Part shown: one piece after another, positions 8,492-17,044 of the stretch
Layout: each line of letters starts with the position of its first letter
Position numbering within the stretch: the stretch's first letter is position 1
Notes under the pieces: generated by a model
Seen by the model: only the letters and a program-made list of their open reading frames with translations
Databases searched by the model: none
What the model was told of the DNA's origin: nothing
Origin: a virus
Lineage: Duplodnaviria > Caudoviricetes
Strand: one strand, 5' to 3'
DNA: 38,508 nt
IMG/VR virus record: IMGVR_UViG_3300017700_000626
Coordinates: 1 to 38,508 of that record
Position numbers and translations under genes: made by a program

Positions 8492-10662
8492 CTGATCCTG
8501 TTTTCGAGATTACGCTTGAAGACGGGCGCAAGATTCTTCTGGAGGAGCAAAACGAAACGCTCGCCAAGGAAGCGGGTCGTCGGTGGGCGCGTCTGAACCC
8601 TGCCGATGGCGGGGAAATCGGCATCTATGAGGTCACGGTCGGGGATCGCACGGTAAAGGTCCCTGCTGTCTCGGAAGAGGCTGCGGTTGAGTTCACACAG
8701 GCTTGGGGACCGCAACAGCGGGCGCTTGAGGATGCGCGAAACAATCAGGCCAGCGCGTCGGGCGTCACCCTTTCCGGTGATCCTGTCGCCTATGACGCTG
8801 CGGACAACGCTGTCAACGGGATGACGCTTGGTCTCGACAAGATTGCGAACGCTGGACTGAACGCCGGGATTACCGGATTCCAGAACCTGATTGGGGATGG
8901 TCCCGGCTACGGGATGAGCGATGCGTTCATGGCCTCGCGTCTGGCCGAGAATGAAGCGCAGCAAGCCTATGCAGCCGAAAAGCCCATTGAGTCGCTGACG
9001 ACCGGCCTTCTAGGGGGGTTGGCTACGCCGGGGGCCTCTCAACTCGGTAACTTCGTCACTCAGGGTGCTGGAAGGGGTCTGCTGGCCTCGGAGACCCTGC
9101 TGCCTGCCGTTGGACGCGGTATTGCGGCGGGAACGCCTGTGGGGGCCGCCTCTGGCCTTCTCAACTCCAATCCGGGGGATGAGGTTGGCGCGACGGGTCG
9201 AGGCGCTGTCATGGGGGCTGCGTTGGGCGGTGGCGTTCCGCTTGCTTCCAGCGCGGCGTCTGCGACCGTCAGGGCCACCGGCCTTGACCAGATTCCCGCT
9301 GTTCTGAACCGGGTTACGGGCGGTCGCGTCGCGGCTCTCAACGGCGATGTTGACCGGCGAGCCCTTCAGCGTCTCAGCGAGGCTATGCGGACGGATCGGA
9401 TCAGCCCGGATCAAATCCGCACGGCCATGAACGACGCTATGCGCTACGGGATCAGCCCGAACCTTCTGGACATTGTAGGCCCGAACGCCACCCGGACTCG
9501 TGCGCTTGTCGTTGGAGCCGCGCAGAAGCCCGGCCCCGGTATGACGGCTGGCGCTCAATATCGGAACGAGGTCGCTGGTTCGGTTCAGGATCAGGCGGTG
9601 GATCAAGCCTACCGGCTGACGCCCGGAGAGACCCGCTCTGCTGCCCAATATCGTCAGGGGCTGGACGACACGTCAGAGCAATTGGCCCGCACCGACTATG
9701 CGCCGATCTATGACGAACAAGTGGCCATCACGCCGGAGGTTGAGCGCGCACTTTCCGGCATGACGCCTCAGATGCGTTTGGCTCAGCAAGAGTCGTCCTT
9801 CCGTTTCCCGGAGCGGGCTGCTGAGATTGACGCGCTGTCGAGCGGTCAGGCCGATCAGGTTTCCGCTGGTGCTCTGGACCGCATCCAACGCCAGATGGGC
9901 AATGCAGGCCGAAACGCCACGCGCTCGCTGGAGAATGCCAACCCCGGTTTGGCTGCGGACTATTATGCCCGTCAGGGGGCTGTGAATGAGGCTCTTGAGG
10001 CCATCCCGGCCTTGGCTCCCGCTCGCGCCACCTATCGTGGCTACAATCTTGCCGGTGAAGGCGTGGACCTTGGCCAACAAGCTATGTCGCAGAGCCGTAA
10101 CAGCATTCGCCCGGCTGACTATGTGGATCAACTTGGCGTTCTGGAACAGCAAGCCCAAGACACAGCGGCAATCGCTAACCGCCAAATCCCTTCCGCTCGG
10201 CAAGGCGCTCAGGTCGGGATGCGGGACCAGATTGTGCAAGACCTTGGTAATATGGTTGAGGGCGGCGGCGTTCCGTCTCGCCTCTTCAACAGCAATGATT
10301 CCGCCAATGTCCGTCAGGTAATGGGGGCGACGTTCGATCAACCTGTCGTGGATGATTTCCAAGGCGCTCTGGGGATGCTGAATGAGCGCAACCGCATCGC
10401 TAACTTCATGGACGCTACGCGTGGCTCTCCGACTGCTGGACGGTTTGGCTCGGTTGAAATGGGAGATATTCCCCGTTCTCCGTTCGCGGTGGCTGCAGCC
10501 ATCCTCAGCAAGATTCGTCGGGGAGCCACGATGACGGATGCAGACCGGGAAGCATTGATCCGTCTGTCCACGCAGTTCGGCGCTACGCCCCCAACCCCTG
10601 CCTCTCGCGGCGTGCCTGTCAGCGGGCGTCTTGCGCCCATTCTGGCAGGACAGGGGGGATAA
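8488..10662 (+). CDS. Large ejection (DNA transfer) protein
   Basis: 724 aa, Ala/Gly-rich with Gly-zipper segments; last gene of the ejection cluster. Confidence 0.7.
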   Translation: MTDPVFEITLEDGRKILLEEQNETLAKEAGRRWARLNPADGGEIGIYEVTVGDRTVKVPAVSEEAAVEFTQAWGPQQRALEDARNNQASASGVTLSGDPVAYDAADNAVNGMTLGLDKIANAGLNAGITGFQNLIGDGPGYGMSDAFMASRLAENEAQQAYAAEKPIESLTTGLLGGLATPGASQLGNFVTQGAGRGLLASETLLPAVGRGIAAGTPVGAASGLLNSNPGDEVGATGRGAVMGAALGGGVPLASSAASATVRATGLDQIPAVLNRVTGGRVAALNGDVDRRALQRLSEAMRTDRISPDQIRTAMNDAMRYGISPNLLDIVGPNATRTRALVVGAAQKPGPGMTAGAQYRNEVAGSVQDQAVDQAYRLTPGETRSAAQYRQGLDDTSEQLARTDYAPIYDEQVAITPEVERALSGMTPQMRLAQQESSFRFPERAAEIDALSSGQADQVSAGALDRIQRQMGNAGRNATRSLENANPGLAADYYARQGAVNEALEAIPALAPARATYRGYNLAGEGVDLGQQAMSQSRNSIRPADYVDQLGVLEQQAQDTAAIANRQIPSARQGAQVGMRDQIVQDLGNMVEGGGVPSRLFNSNDSANVRQVMGATFDQPVVDDFQGALGMLNERNRIANFMDATRGSPTAGRFGSVEMGDIPRSPFAVAAAILSKIRRGATMTDADREALIRLSTQFGATPPTPASRGVPVSGRLAPILAGQGG

Positions 10663-10753
10663 GCCATGTCGCGAACGCTTTGGAAGAAAGATGCACGATC
10701 AGCAGGACTACTGCAAAAACCGTCAGCCAGAGAATGTTTTTCAGCACTTTCAT
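10619..10753 (-). CDS. 44-aa single-TM membrane peptide, candidate superinfection-exclusion factor (not in ORF track)
   Basis: MKVLKNILWLTVFAVVLLIVHLSSKAFATWLIPPVLPEWAQDAR, antisense to the late operon. TTGGAT-18-TATGAT lies 6 nt upstream of the ATG. Confidence 0.55.
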   Translation of the reverse strand: MKVLKNILWLTVFAVVLLIVHLSSKAFATWLIPPVLPEWAQDAR

Positions 10754-10788
10754 GTGCTAATCATAGCCCATTGAGGGGATAAAATCCA

Positions 10789-11229
10789 ATGTCGCGACTT
10801 CTCCCGCTGGCCCCGACGACGGCCTCACAGGTTGACTACACCACCGTTCTTCTTAACCCGGACGGCTCAGTTGTTACGTCGGTAGCCAATCCCACGTCGG
10901 TTTCTCGCATCGTTTCGGCGGCGGCATCGACCAATGGAACGGTGGCCAAGGCGTCGGCGGGGACGCTTTTCCGGGCTTCGGGCTACAATGCCAACGCTGC
11001 GGCTCGCTATCTGAAGTTCTACAACAAGGCGACCGCTCCGACTGTGGGGACGGACACGCCGATTCTGACGATCTATCTTCCGGCTCAGTCCACGTTTGAG
11101 GTCGGCTATCCGGCTGGCTTGTCGTTCTCGACGGGTATTGCGTACGCTCTGACCACCGGCGTTGCTGATGCGGACACGGGAGCCCTGACCGCTGCTGACA
11201 TTCTGGCCCTGAACGTGGTCTATTCCTGA
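10789..11229 (+). CDS. Virion-associated beta-sandwich protein
   Basis: 146 aa 'RYLKFYNKATAPTVGTDTP...FSTGIAYA', with GAGGGG RBS. Confidence 0.65.
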   Translation: MSRLLPLAPTTASQVDYTTVLLNPDGSVVTSVANPTSVSRIVSAAASTNGTVAKASAGTLFRASGYNANAAARYLKFYNKATAPTVGTDTPILTIYLPAQSTFEVGYPAGLSFSTGIAYALTTGVADADTGALTAADILALNVVYS

Positions 11230-11564
11230 TGTCAGAAAACTCGTTCGCATTCAGGCGCTTAACTGATCCGTTTATGCTGACGGTCGCGCCCACGGCGCAG
11301 CGGTTTGATGTGCCGGTCGATCTGAAGGCTGCGGGCTATACGTCATTTTGTGTCGTAAACCCGAATGCCTTCTGGGTTCGGCTCAAGGGTTCTAACGGGA
11401 CCTATTCATCGGTCACCACAACGACGGGCTGGATGCTGCCGCCCGGGTTCTTTGGCGTCTTCTCCACGCAGTACCCTGATTTTATGTCGGCCATGTCGGT
11501 TACGGCCCAAGGCTTGACGGCTGGATCGGGCGTGCTGGAAGTGTCTTACGGCGGCGGCGCATGA
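11229..11564 (+). CDS. Hypothetical (probable virion) protein
   Basis: Coupled ORF (TGATG), 111 aa, beta-rich. Confidence 0.6.
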   Translation: MSENSFAFRRLTDPFMLTVAPTAQRFDVPVDLKAAGYTSFCVVNPNAFWVRLKGSNGTYSSVTTTTGWMLPPGFFGVFSTQYPDFMSAMSVTAQGLTAGSGVLEVSYGGGA

Positions 11565-12199
11565 CTGTTCGCACTGTAGGAACGGCTGTTCTCCAGACGG
11601 GTCCTGCCGGGGCTACGGGTCCTGCTGGCCCAAAGGGTGATACGGGCGCAACCGGGCCTCAAGGCGTAGCTGGTCCTGCGGGCGCAAAGGGCGACACGGG
11701 AGCCGCTGGCGCAACCGGCTCTCAGGGCGTTGCCGGGCCAATCGGCGCTACGGGTCCACAAGGTTCTGCGGGCGCGGCTGGCCCTGCTGGTGCGACGGGC
11801 CTCACCGGTCCAGCCGGAGCCACGGGCGCAACCGGCGCTGCTGGCGCGTCCTTCAACGTTTCGGCTCCTGTCGTTACGGCGCTCTCGACGGGAGAGAAGA
11901 ACGGCACAGCCTTTCAGCCCCGCGCTTCCGGTCCTTGCTCGGTCAATGTGACGGGAAGCCTGACGGGCGTTCTGAACGCCCTTAGCTCGGTCACGGTCGC
12001 CACGTCTCCCACGCAGGCCGGGACTTACACGACGGTTTCCATCTTCACGCTGTACGCAGGCGCATTGAGCGGAAACGCGGTTCCTGACAGCAACTCTGGC
12101 GCTTTCTTGGTCCCCACCGGCCATTGGGTGAAGGTGACGCAGACCGGCGTTTCCATTCTCGGTAACATCGCCATGAATCGCATCGTCTGGAGCCTGTGA
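11561..12199 (+). CDS. Collagen-like fibre protein
   Basis: 28 uninterrupted Gly-X-Y triplets (11600-11851) followed by a globular C-terminal domain. Confidence 0.85.
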   Translation: MTVRTVGTAVLQTGPAGATGPAGPKGDTGATGPQGVAGPAGAKGDTGAAGATGSQGVAGPIGATGPQGSAGAAGPAGATGLTGPAGATGATGAAGASFNVSAPVVTALSTGEKNGTAFQPRASGPCSVNVTGSLTGVLNALSSVTVATSPTQAGTYTTVSIFTLYAGALSGNAVPDSNSGAFLVPTGHWVKVTQTGVSILGNIAMNRIVWSL

Positions 12200-12291
12200 T
12201 GAAGACCGCCAAGCCCAAGCCGAAAATCAAGAAAACCAGAGGTCCGGGCGGTCATATGCCTCCCAAGCCTCCGAAACCGAAGGGCCGCTAG
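12199..12291 (+). CDS. 30-aa Lys/Pro-rich micropeptide with GPGGH motif (not in ORF track)
   Basis: [35 protein letters not shown]-coupled to the upstream gene, and its stop abuts the tailspike ATG. Confidence 0.6.
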   Translation: MKTAKPKPKIKKTRGPGGHMPPKPPKPKGR

Positions 12292-14112
12292 ATGGCTGGC
12301 AAGATCGTTCCTGACCTTTCCGAACAGTCTGCTCCGATAGAAGATGCAGACCTTCTGGTTTCCTATCGTGGCTCAGGCCCGTTAAAGCGCTTTGCGGCGT
12401 CAGTTCTTAAGACTTACGTGCAAGCAGGAGTGGCCATGTCTGCCGTTCTGGCGGCGTCTGGCGGGTCGGCGCTTGTCGGATTTATCCAGTCGGGAACTGG
12501 CGCTGTTCTCCAAACGCTGCAAGCGTTCCTTCGTCTGTTCCATATCTCTCCCAAATCCTTTGGGGCGGTTGGTGATGGAGTGGCTAACGATACGGCGGCG
12601 GTTCAAGCCGCCCTCGATGAAATGCTGGCTTCGGGCCGCCCCCTTGATCTTGGAAACGCGATTTACAGCGTAACGGCGCTTACCCTGAACATGACAGGCA
12701 CCGTTCCCTTTGTCCTCTCTGGATCGGGTCAGCGCGTTTCTGTGCTTCGCAAGCGCGGCTCCAGCGGGTCGCCCGTCCTGACGGTCAGCGGAACTACGGC
12801 TGCGTCAAATCTGGCAGAGATTCGCAGCATTTTCTCCAACTTCTCTATCGATGTAAATGGACAGTCGTGCGACGGGATCAAGCTGGAGAATGTTGCTCGC
12901 TTCTGCTTCGATCAATTCGAAACATACGACAGCACATCAGCCAAAACCGCCATCGGGATGAACGTCGTAGGCTCATTGACTGGTGAGTTTATCGGCTTTA
13001 CCGCCTCAGGTCTGCTTACCGGAATGAAGTGCCGCAAGTCGGTGACGAACACTTATTACCCGAACGCCTTGGCGCTTTATGAGCCAGACATTCGCTCTTG
13101 CGTAACGGGACTGGACTTTGGGGACGGCGCGGCTCTGAGGATTGTTGGCGGTGACTGGTCAGGTAACGGAACCGCTACCGTCACCACCACAGGCGCTATC
13201 ATCATCAGAAGCACTGCTGCGACTGAGAGCGGTGCAGAATCCATCACGATGGATGATCTGTATCTGGAAGGAAACTTCGGAACGGCTATTACGGTCGAGA
13301 ACGCCGTTGGCTTGGCTCTTTCCATAAAGAACAGCCGCTGCTTGTCCCAAGAGACGATTGGAGGCGTCAAGCGGGTGGCGGTTATCGGAACCGTCAAAGA
13401 TTTCCGCATGGAAAACGTCACTGCTGCGGGCGCGACCGATACCGTTACGATAGCGGCCACTGCGTCCACGGTGGATGGCTGCTTCATTGGCGTTATTACC
13501 GACACTAGCGCGGCCCAAAACTATACGATGGTTCGCACGTCGGCGGGCCTGAACTGGAGTTCCTTCAAGGGGGCGTTCAAGCGTCAGTCCTTGGCGACTC
13601 AAGACTTCCTGCTTGGCCGTGCCGACCAAATCAGCGGCGGCGGTGCTGATGATCTTGATTACTATCTGTACGGAACCGGAGAGCATCGTTTTACGTCTGG
13701 CGGCGTAATGACGCTCAGGATAGGGGCTAACGCTCTCGGGTTCTATGGCACAGCGCCCGCCGTAAAGCAGACCGTTACGGGCTCTAGCGCAGGCGCGAAG
13801 GCAGACTCTATCGCGGCGGCTCTAGCCGCAACAGGTTTGGTCACGAACAGCGCGGTTTCCAGCCTTAGCGGATCAGCCACCTATGACCCCCCCTCCCTTG
13901 CTGATGGGACGGGAGCGACCACGACCGTAACGGTTACGGGCGCGGCCCTAGGCGACTTCGCATCGTCTTCGTTTTCTCTCGACTTGCAGGGCATCACTGT
14001 CAACGAGTGGGTTTCTGCGGCAAACACAGTTTCTGTCCGTTTCCAGAACGAAACGGGCGGAACCATCGACCTTGCGAGCGGAACCCTTCGCGCTCGCGTT
14101 GACAAAGCATAG
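12292..14112 (+). CDS. Tailspike/depolymerase (pectate-lyase-3-like right-handed beta-helix)
   Basis: 'SPKSFGAVGDGVANDTAAVQAALD' beta-helix entry motif, an N-terminal attachment module and a C-terminal beta domain. Confidence 0.85.
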   Translation: MAGKIVPDLSEQSAPIEDADLLVSYRGSGPLKRFAASVLKTYVQAGVAMSAVLAASGGSALVGFIQSGTGAVLQTLQAFLRLFHISPKSFGAVGDGVANDTAAVQAALDEMLASGRPLDLGNAIYSVTALTLNMTGTVPFVLSGSGQRVSVLRKRGSSGSPVLTVSGTTAASNLAEIRSIFSNFSIDVNGQSCDGIKLENVARFCFDQFETYDSTSAKTAIGMNVVGSLTGEFIGFTASGLLTGMKCRKSVTNTYYPNALALYEPDIRSCVTGLDFGDGAALRIVGGDWSGNGTATVTTTGAIIIRSTAATESGAESITMDDLYLEGNFGTAITVENAVGLALSIKNSRCLSQETIGGVKRVAVIGTVKDFRMENVTAAGATDTVTIAATASTVDGCFIGVITDTSAAQNYTMVRTSAGLNWSSFKGAFKRQSLATQDFLLGRADQISGGGADDLDYYLYGTGEHRFTSGGVMTLRIGANALGFYGTAPAVKQTVTGSSAGAKADSIAAALAATGLVTNSAVSSLSGSATYDPPSLADGTGATTTVTVTGAALGDFASSSFSLDLQGITVNEWVSAANTVSVRFQNETGGTIDLASGTLRARVDKA

Positions 14113-14122
14113 GAGACTGAAA

Positions 14123-14218
14123 ATGCCCGATGAAGGTCCCGGCGGACACCACCCCAACCCACCCCCTCCACCCCCGCCGCCTCCCCCGCCGCCTGACGAG
14201 TCGGACGAAAAAGGGTGA
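14123..14218 (+). CDS. 31-aa polyproline micropeptide with GPGGH motif (not in ORF track)
   Basis: MPDEGPGGHHPNPPPPPPPPPPPPDESDEKG, with an AGGAG RBS. All four Pro codons are used, and the stop overlaps the next GTG (GTGA). Confidence 0.7.
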   Translation: MPDEGPGGHHPNPPPPPPPPPPPPDESDEKG

Positions 14219-14688
14219 TTGAGTACGGATTAGCGCTTTTGGCTCTGTGCGCGCTGTGTCTTATGGACCGGCGCGCACTTCCATTCGCGCTAATCCTGCT
14301 CTCTGGCTGGCTGCTAGGCTTCCTCCCGGTTGAGTTCTGGCCTCTGATCAGCATTGCCTCTGGAACAGCCATGATCCTGTTCCTGAATCATCGCTCTCCG
14401 TTCCTTCATTGGCTGATCGTCTGTTGCGTTCCGCCCATGCTCTATTGCGATGCCGTGTATTTCTGGATGCTATCGCGAGGCGTGTATTTTGGCGTGGAAT
14501 ACGCTAACACGTTGAATGCGTTTCTGTGGGTTCAAATGATGGCTTGCGGCTTCACTGGAGGAAAGCGCCTTGTCGGTTTTGTTGGTCGGCTTGGCCGCTA
14601 TCTCCGCAATAGGAGCCGTTTCGTTGTCGGTGTGGCTGGGGCAAAAGAGCAAACAGCCCGCGTTTGTGATAGAGAGCGTACAGCATGA
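14215..14688 (+). CDS. Multi-pass membrane protein of unknown function
   Basis: About 4-5 hydrophobic segments and a basic C-tail; coupled to the polyproline peptide. Confidence 0.7.
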   Translation: MIEYGLALLALCALCLMDRRALPFALILLSGWLLGFLPVEFWPLISIASGTAMILFLNHRSPFLHWLIVCCVPPMLYCDAVYFWMLSRGVYFGVEYANTLNAFLWVQMMACGFTGGKRLVGFVGRLGRYLRNRSRFVVGVAGAKEQTARVCDRERTA

Positions 14689-15061
14689 AATTGATGCCCT
14701 TATGGCTATGCCCGTCGCAGTGTATGGCGCACCGGATGTGGACCACCACGCGATGAGCATGAAAGAGGAACACCCTGTGAATGACTCGTCCGCACCCGAG
14801 TCGATCATTCGTTTGCAAGAGCGGATGGGGGCTCTAACAGAGCAATCAAACCGTCTTGAGCGGATGATTGAATCAGGACAGCAGCAACAGACGCTGGCGC
14901 TGAAGGAGCTTGCGACCGCGTTCAACAACGCCTTTACCAAGGCTAGTTCCGAGTATGTGACGCGGACAGAGTTTCACACCGTCAAAAACATCGTCAACGG
15001 GGCTGTGGCTATCATTCTGGTGGCCTTTATCGGCGGTCTCGTCGCGCTGGTGATCCGATGA
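14570..15061 (+). CDS. Membrane protein with coiled coil and C-terminal TM (lysis module, holin/antiholin-like)
   Basis: GGAGG 8 nt before TTG 14570; N- and C-terminal hydrophobic helices. Alternative internal starts at 14753 and 14777. Confidence 0.6.
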   Translation: MSVLLVGLAAISAIGAVSLSVWLGQKSKQPAFVIESVQHEIDALMAMPVAVYGAPDVDHHAMSMKEEHPVNDSSAPESIIRLQERMGALTEQSNRLERMIESGQQQQTLALKELATAFNNAFTKASSEYVTRTEFHTVKNIVNGAVAIILVAFIGGLVALVIR

Positions 15062-15468
15062 AACTTCATGCTGACATAGGCTGGGTTCTGGTGGGTCTGC
15101 TGGCCGGAGTGGTGCTGTTCGCCGCTGTCCTGTTTGCCCGCCTGCTTCTCAAGCCCGAAGCTGTGACGTGGGTCGCGACGGAAACCCCGGTTGCCACTGC
15201 TACCAAGCTGGAGGTTAACGCCGTTGCCCGCCGTCAGTTTTCGTCTAACTGCTCCAACGGGCCTCAGATGGAATTGCTTACACGGGGTCAGGTGACGCGC
15301 CTTCCCGTTCCCACTCGCAGCCTTGTTGGCGATAGAGCGACGTACAGCACGGTTCTGTTGCGTCCCTTTGATCCCGGAGTTTATCGCGTCCGCGTGGTGG
15401 AAGTCGTCAACTGCGGCGGGACCCCTCAAGTCATTCCTTCCCCGTGGCTTTCATTCGAGGTCAAGTGA
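15058..15468 (+). CDS. Membrane-anchored protein in lysis cassette
   Basis: N-terminal TM followed by a beta-rich soluble domain with 2 Cys; ATGA-coupled. Confidence 0.6.
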   Translation: MKLHADIGWVLVGLLAGVVLFAAVLFARLLLKPEAVTWVATETPVATATKLEVNAVARRQFSSNCSNGPQMELLTRGQVTRLPVPTRSLVGDRATYSTVLLRPFDPGVYRVRVVEVVNCGGTPQVIPSPWLSFEVK

Positions 15469-15770
15469 TGACGGACCAGCCGACCTATAGAACCGCCTCC
15501 CAAATCGCAGACCGCATTAGTTGGCGCGATCCCGAAGCCCTTGTAAGTGCGGCGGTGGTCGTACTGTTTGCGGTCGGATATGGGTTCACCTACTTTGTGG
15601 CCCCGCCCGAGGGATCGGAACAGGCTGTGGGCCAGATGCAGGGTGCATTGCTGGGGGCTTTGGGCTCGGTGGTAACGTACTGGATCGGCTCTTCGCGTTC
15701 CTCTCGCCGGAGTGCTGACCGGGCAGACAAGGCTCTAGACGTAGCCAAGGCCGCGACGGAATCAAAGTAA
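15468..15770 (+). CDS. Holin
   Basis: Two TM helices, 'VVTYWIGSS.SS' motif and a charged C-tail; directly upstream of the endolysin, with a TGATG start at 15468. Confidence 0.7.
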   Translation: MTDQPTYRTASQIADRISWRDPEALVSAAVVVLFAVGYGFTYFVAPPEGSEQAVGQMQGALLGALGSVVTYWIGSSRSSRRSADRADKALDVAKAATESK

Positions 15771-16360
15771 TGTCCAGAGAATCCGATAACGACGCCTTCA
15801 TTCGTACCGTTCAGGAATGGCTAGGCGTCAAGGTCGATGGCTGGGGCGGTGTTGCCAGTCTCGCCGCCTTCCTCGCCAAGACGGGTCACAACGGCGTCAA
15901 GGTCGTAATTACAGAGAACAAGCACGTCAGTCCTAAAGGCGTCGCGCTTATGCACTCTTTTGAGTCGTGCAAGTTGACGGCTTATGCGGACCCCGGGTCA
16001 AAGGACGGCAAGCCGCACACGATAGGTTGGGGCTCAACCGGTCCAGACATTCGCCTTGGAATGACGTGGACGCAGCAACAGGCCGATGAGCGGTTTGCGA
16101 AAGACCTTGGCACGTTTGAGCGAGCGGTGGCGAACCTTGCCCCCAAGACGACACAGAGCCAGTTTGATGCGCTTGTGTCGTTCGCCTATAACGTTGGCGT
16201 TCAGGCTCTGCGGGATTCGACATTGCTGCGGATGCATAACGCGGGCGATTACGCTGGAGCAAAAGCGCAGTTTGCCCGATGGGACAAAAACGACGGCAAG
16301 GTGATGGCTGGCCTGACGCGTCGCCGCGCTGCTGAAGCAACCTTGTACGGAGAGCCCTAA
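15770..16360 (+). CDS. Endolysin, GH24 lysozyme with short N-terminal PG-binding-like segment
   Basis: 'FESCKLTAYADP..TIGWG', 'QFDALVSFAYNVG' and 'GLTRRRAAE'. Confidence 0.92.
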   Translation: MSRESDNDAFIRTVQEWLGVKVDGWGGVASLAAFLAKTGHNGVKVVITENKHVSPKGVALMHSFESCKLTAYADPGSKDGKPHTIGWGSTGPDIRLGMTWTQQQADERFAKDLGTFERAVANLAPKTTQSQFDALVSFAYNVGVQALRDSTLLRMHNAGDYAGAKAQFARWDKNDGKVMAGLTRRRAAEATLYGEP

Positions 16361-16599
16361 TGACTTCGCCCCTCGCCATTCTCGACGCCATGATTGGCCC
16401 GATCATCGTTGCCGCCAACAAGGTCAGGGAAGTCCGAGACTCTCTCCCTGTCGCTGCATGGCAGTTTGTACCGGCTGCGATCCGTGCGCCGTTGGATGCA
16501 CTTTTTACCGCAGTTGAAAACTACGACCGGGCCATAGGCCGTATGGAACAAGCGGGCCTGATTGATCCGAACACGGCGGGGGCTAAGGCTCCTGACTGA
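16360..16599 (+). CDS. Hypothetical protein (end of lysis operon)
   Basis: TAATG-coupled 79 aa ORF. Confidence 0.55.
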   Translation: MTSPLAILDAMIGPIIVAANKVREVRDSLPVAAWQFVPAAIRAPLDALFTAVENYDRAIGRMEQAGLIDPNTAGAKAPD

Positions 16600-17044
16600 A
16601 TCTAGGCCGCCCTTCCATGCGCCGCCTATGCCTTCCAACCGTGGTCCTTTGGACGCCAAGAGATTCGGCAATCCGCTTATCTCGCCATCCCTCCGCTAGT
16701 CTCTCGCGGATAAAGCGTAACTGATCTTCGGTCAGAGCTGGACCGCGCGTACTGTTCCGATTGACGCGTCCCCTCACAACGCTGTCCCGTGAGTTGTCGC
16801 TGTGCGTTCCGATTTCCAAATGATCGGGGTTCAGACACGCGGGAACATCGCATTTATGCCTAACCAACATCCCGGATGGAATTGGCCCGTTGGCATCAGC
16901 CCATGACAGGCGATGAACGAGCCAGTATTTCCGTTGGACCATGCATCGACCATATCCGCCCGGAGCCGTCGAACCAGACCAAAGCCAACAGCCGCCGTTC
17001 GTATCAAACTGAGTTTCCGCAAGGAGTTGCGGCCTACTGGTCAT
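16583..17044 (-). CDS. HNH endonuclease with C-terminal HTH
   Basis: 'GCWLW..GYG..HRLSW..HKCDVPACLNPDHL..N'. The start MTSRPQ at 17044 overlaps the upstream stop. Confidence 0.88.
   Translation of the reverse strand: MTSRPQLLAETQFDTNGGCWLWSGSTAPGGYGRCMVQRKYWLVHRLSWADANGPIPSGMLVRHKCDVPACLNPDHLEIGTHSDNSRDSVVRGRVNRNSTRGPALTEDQLRFIRERLAEGWRDKRIAESLGVQRTTVGRHRRRMEGRPRFSQEP

Noticed and set aside
10666-10782. Plus-strand short ORF in the gap after the ejection gene
   Set aside because: Featureless; the minus-strand TM ORF with a promoter explains the region better.
11600-11851. Low-complexity DNA repeats
   Set aside because: Fully explained by collagen Gly-X-Y coding.
12292-14112. Diversity-generating retroelement or invertible tail-fibre switch
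   Set aside because: No reverse transcriptase, invertase, TR/VR pair or flanking inverted repeats seen.
14123-14218. GPGG peptides as 2A ribosome-skipping sequences, or the C-rich tract as a microsatellite
   Set aside because: No DxExNPGP consensus, and the Pro codons are mixed rather than a repeated unit.
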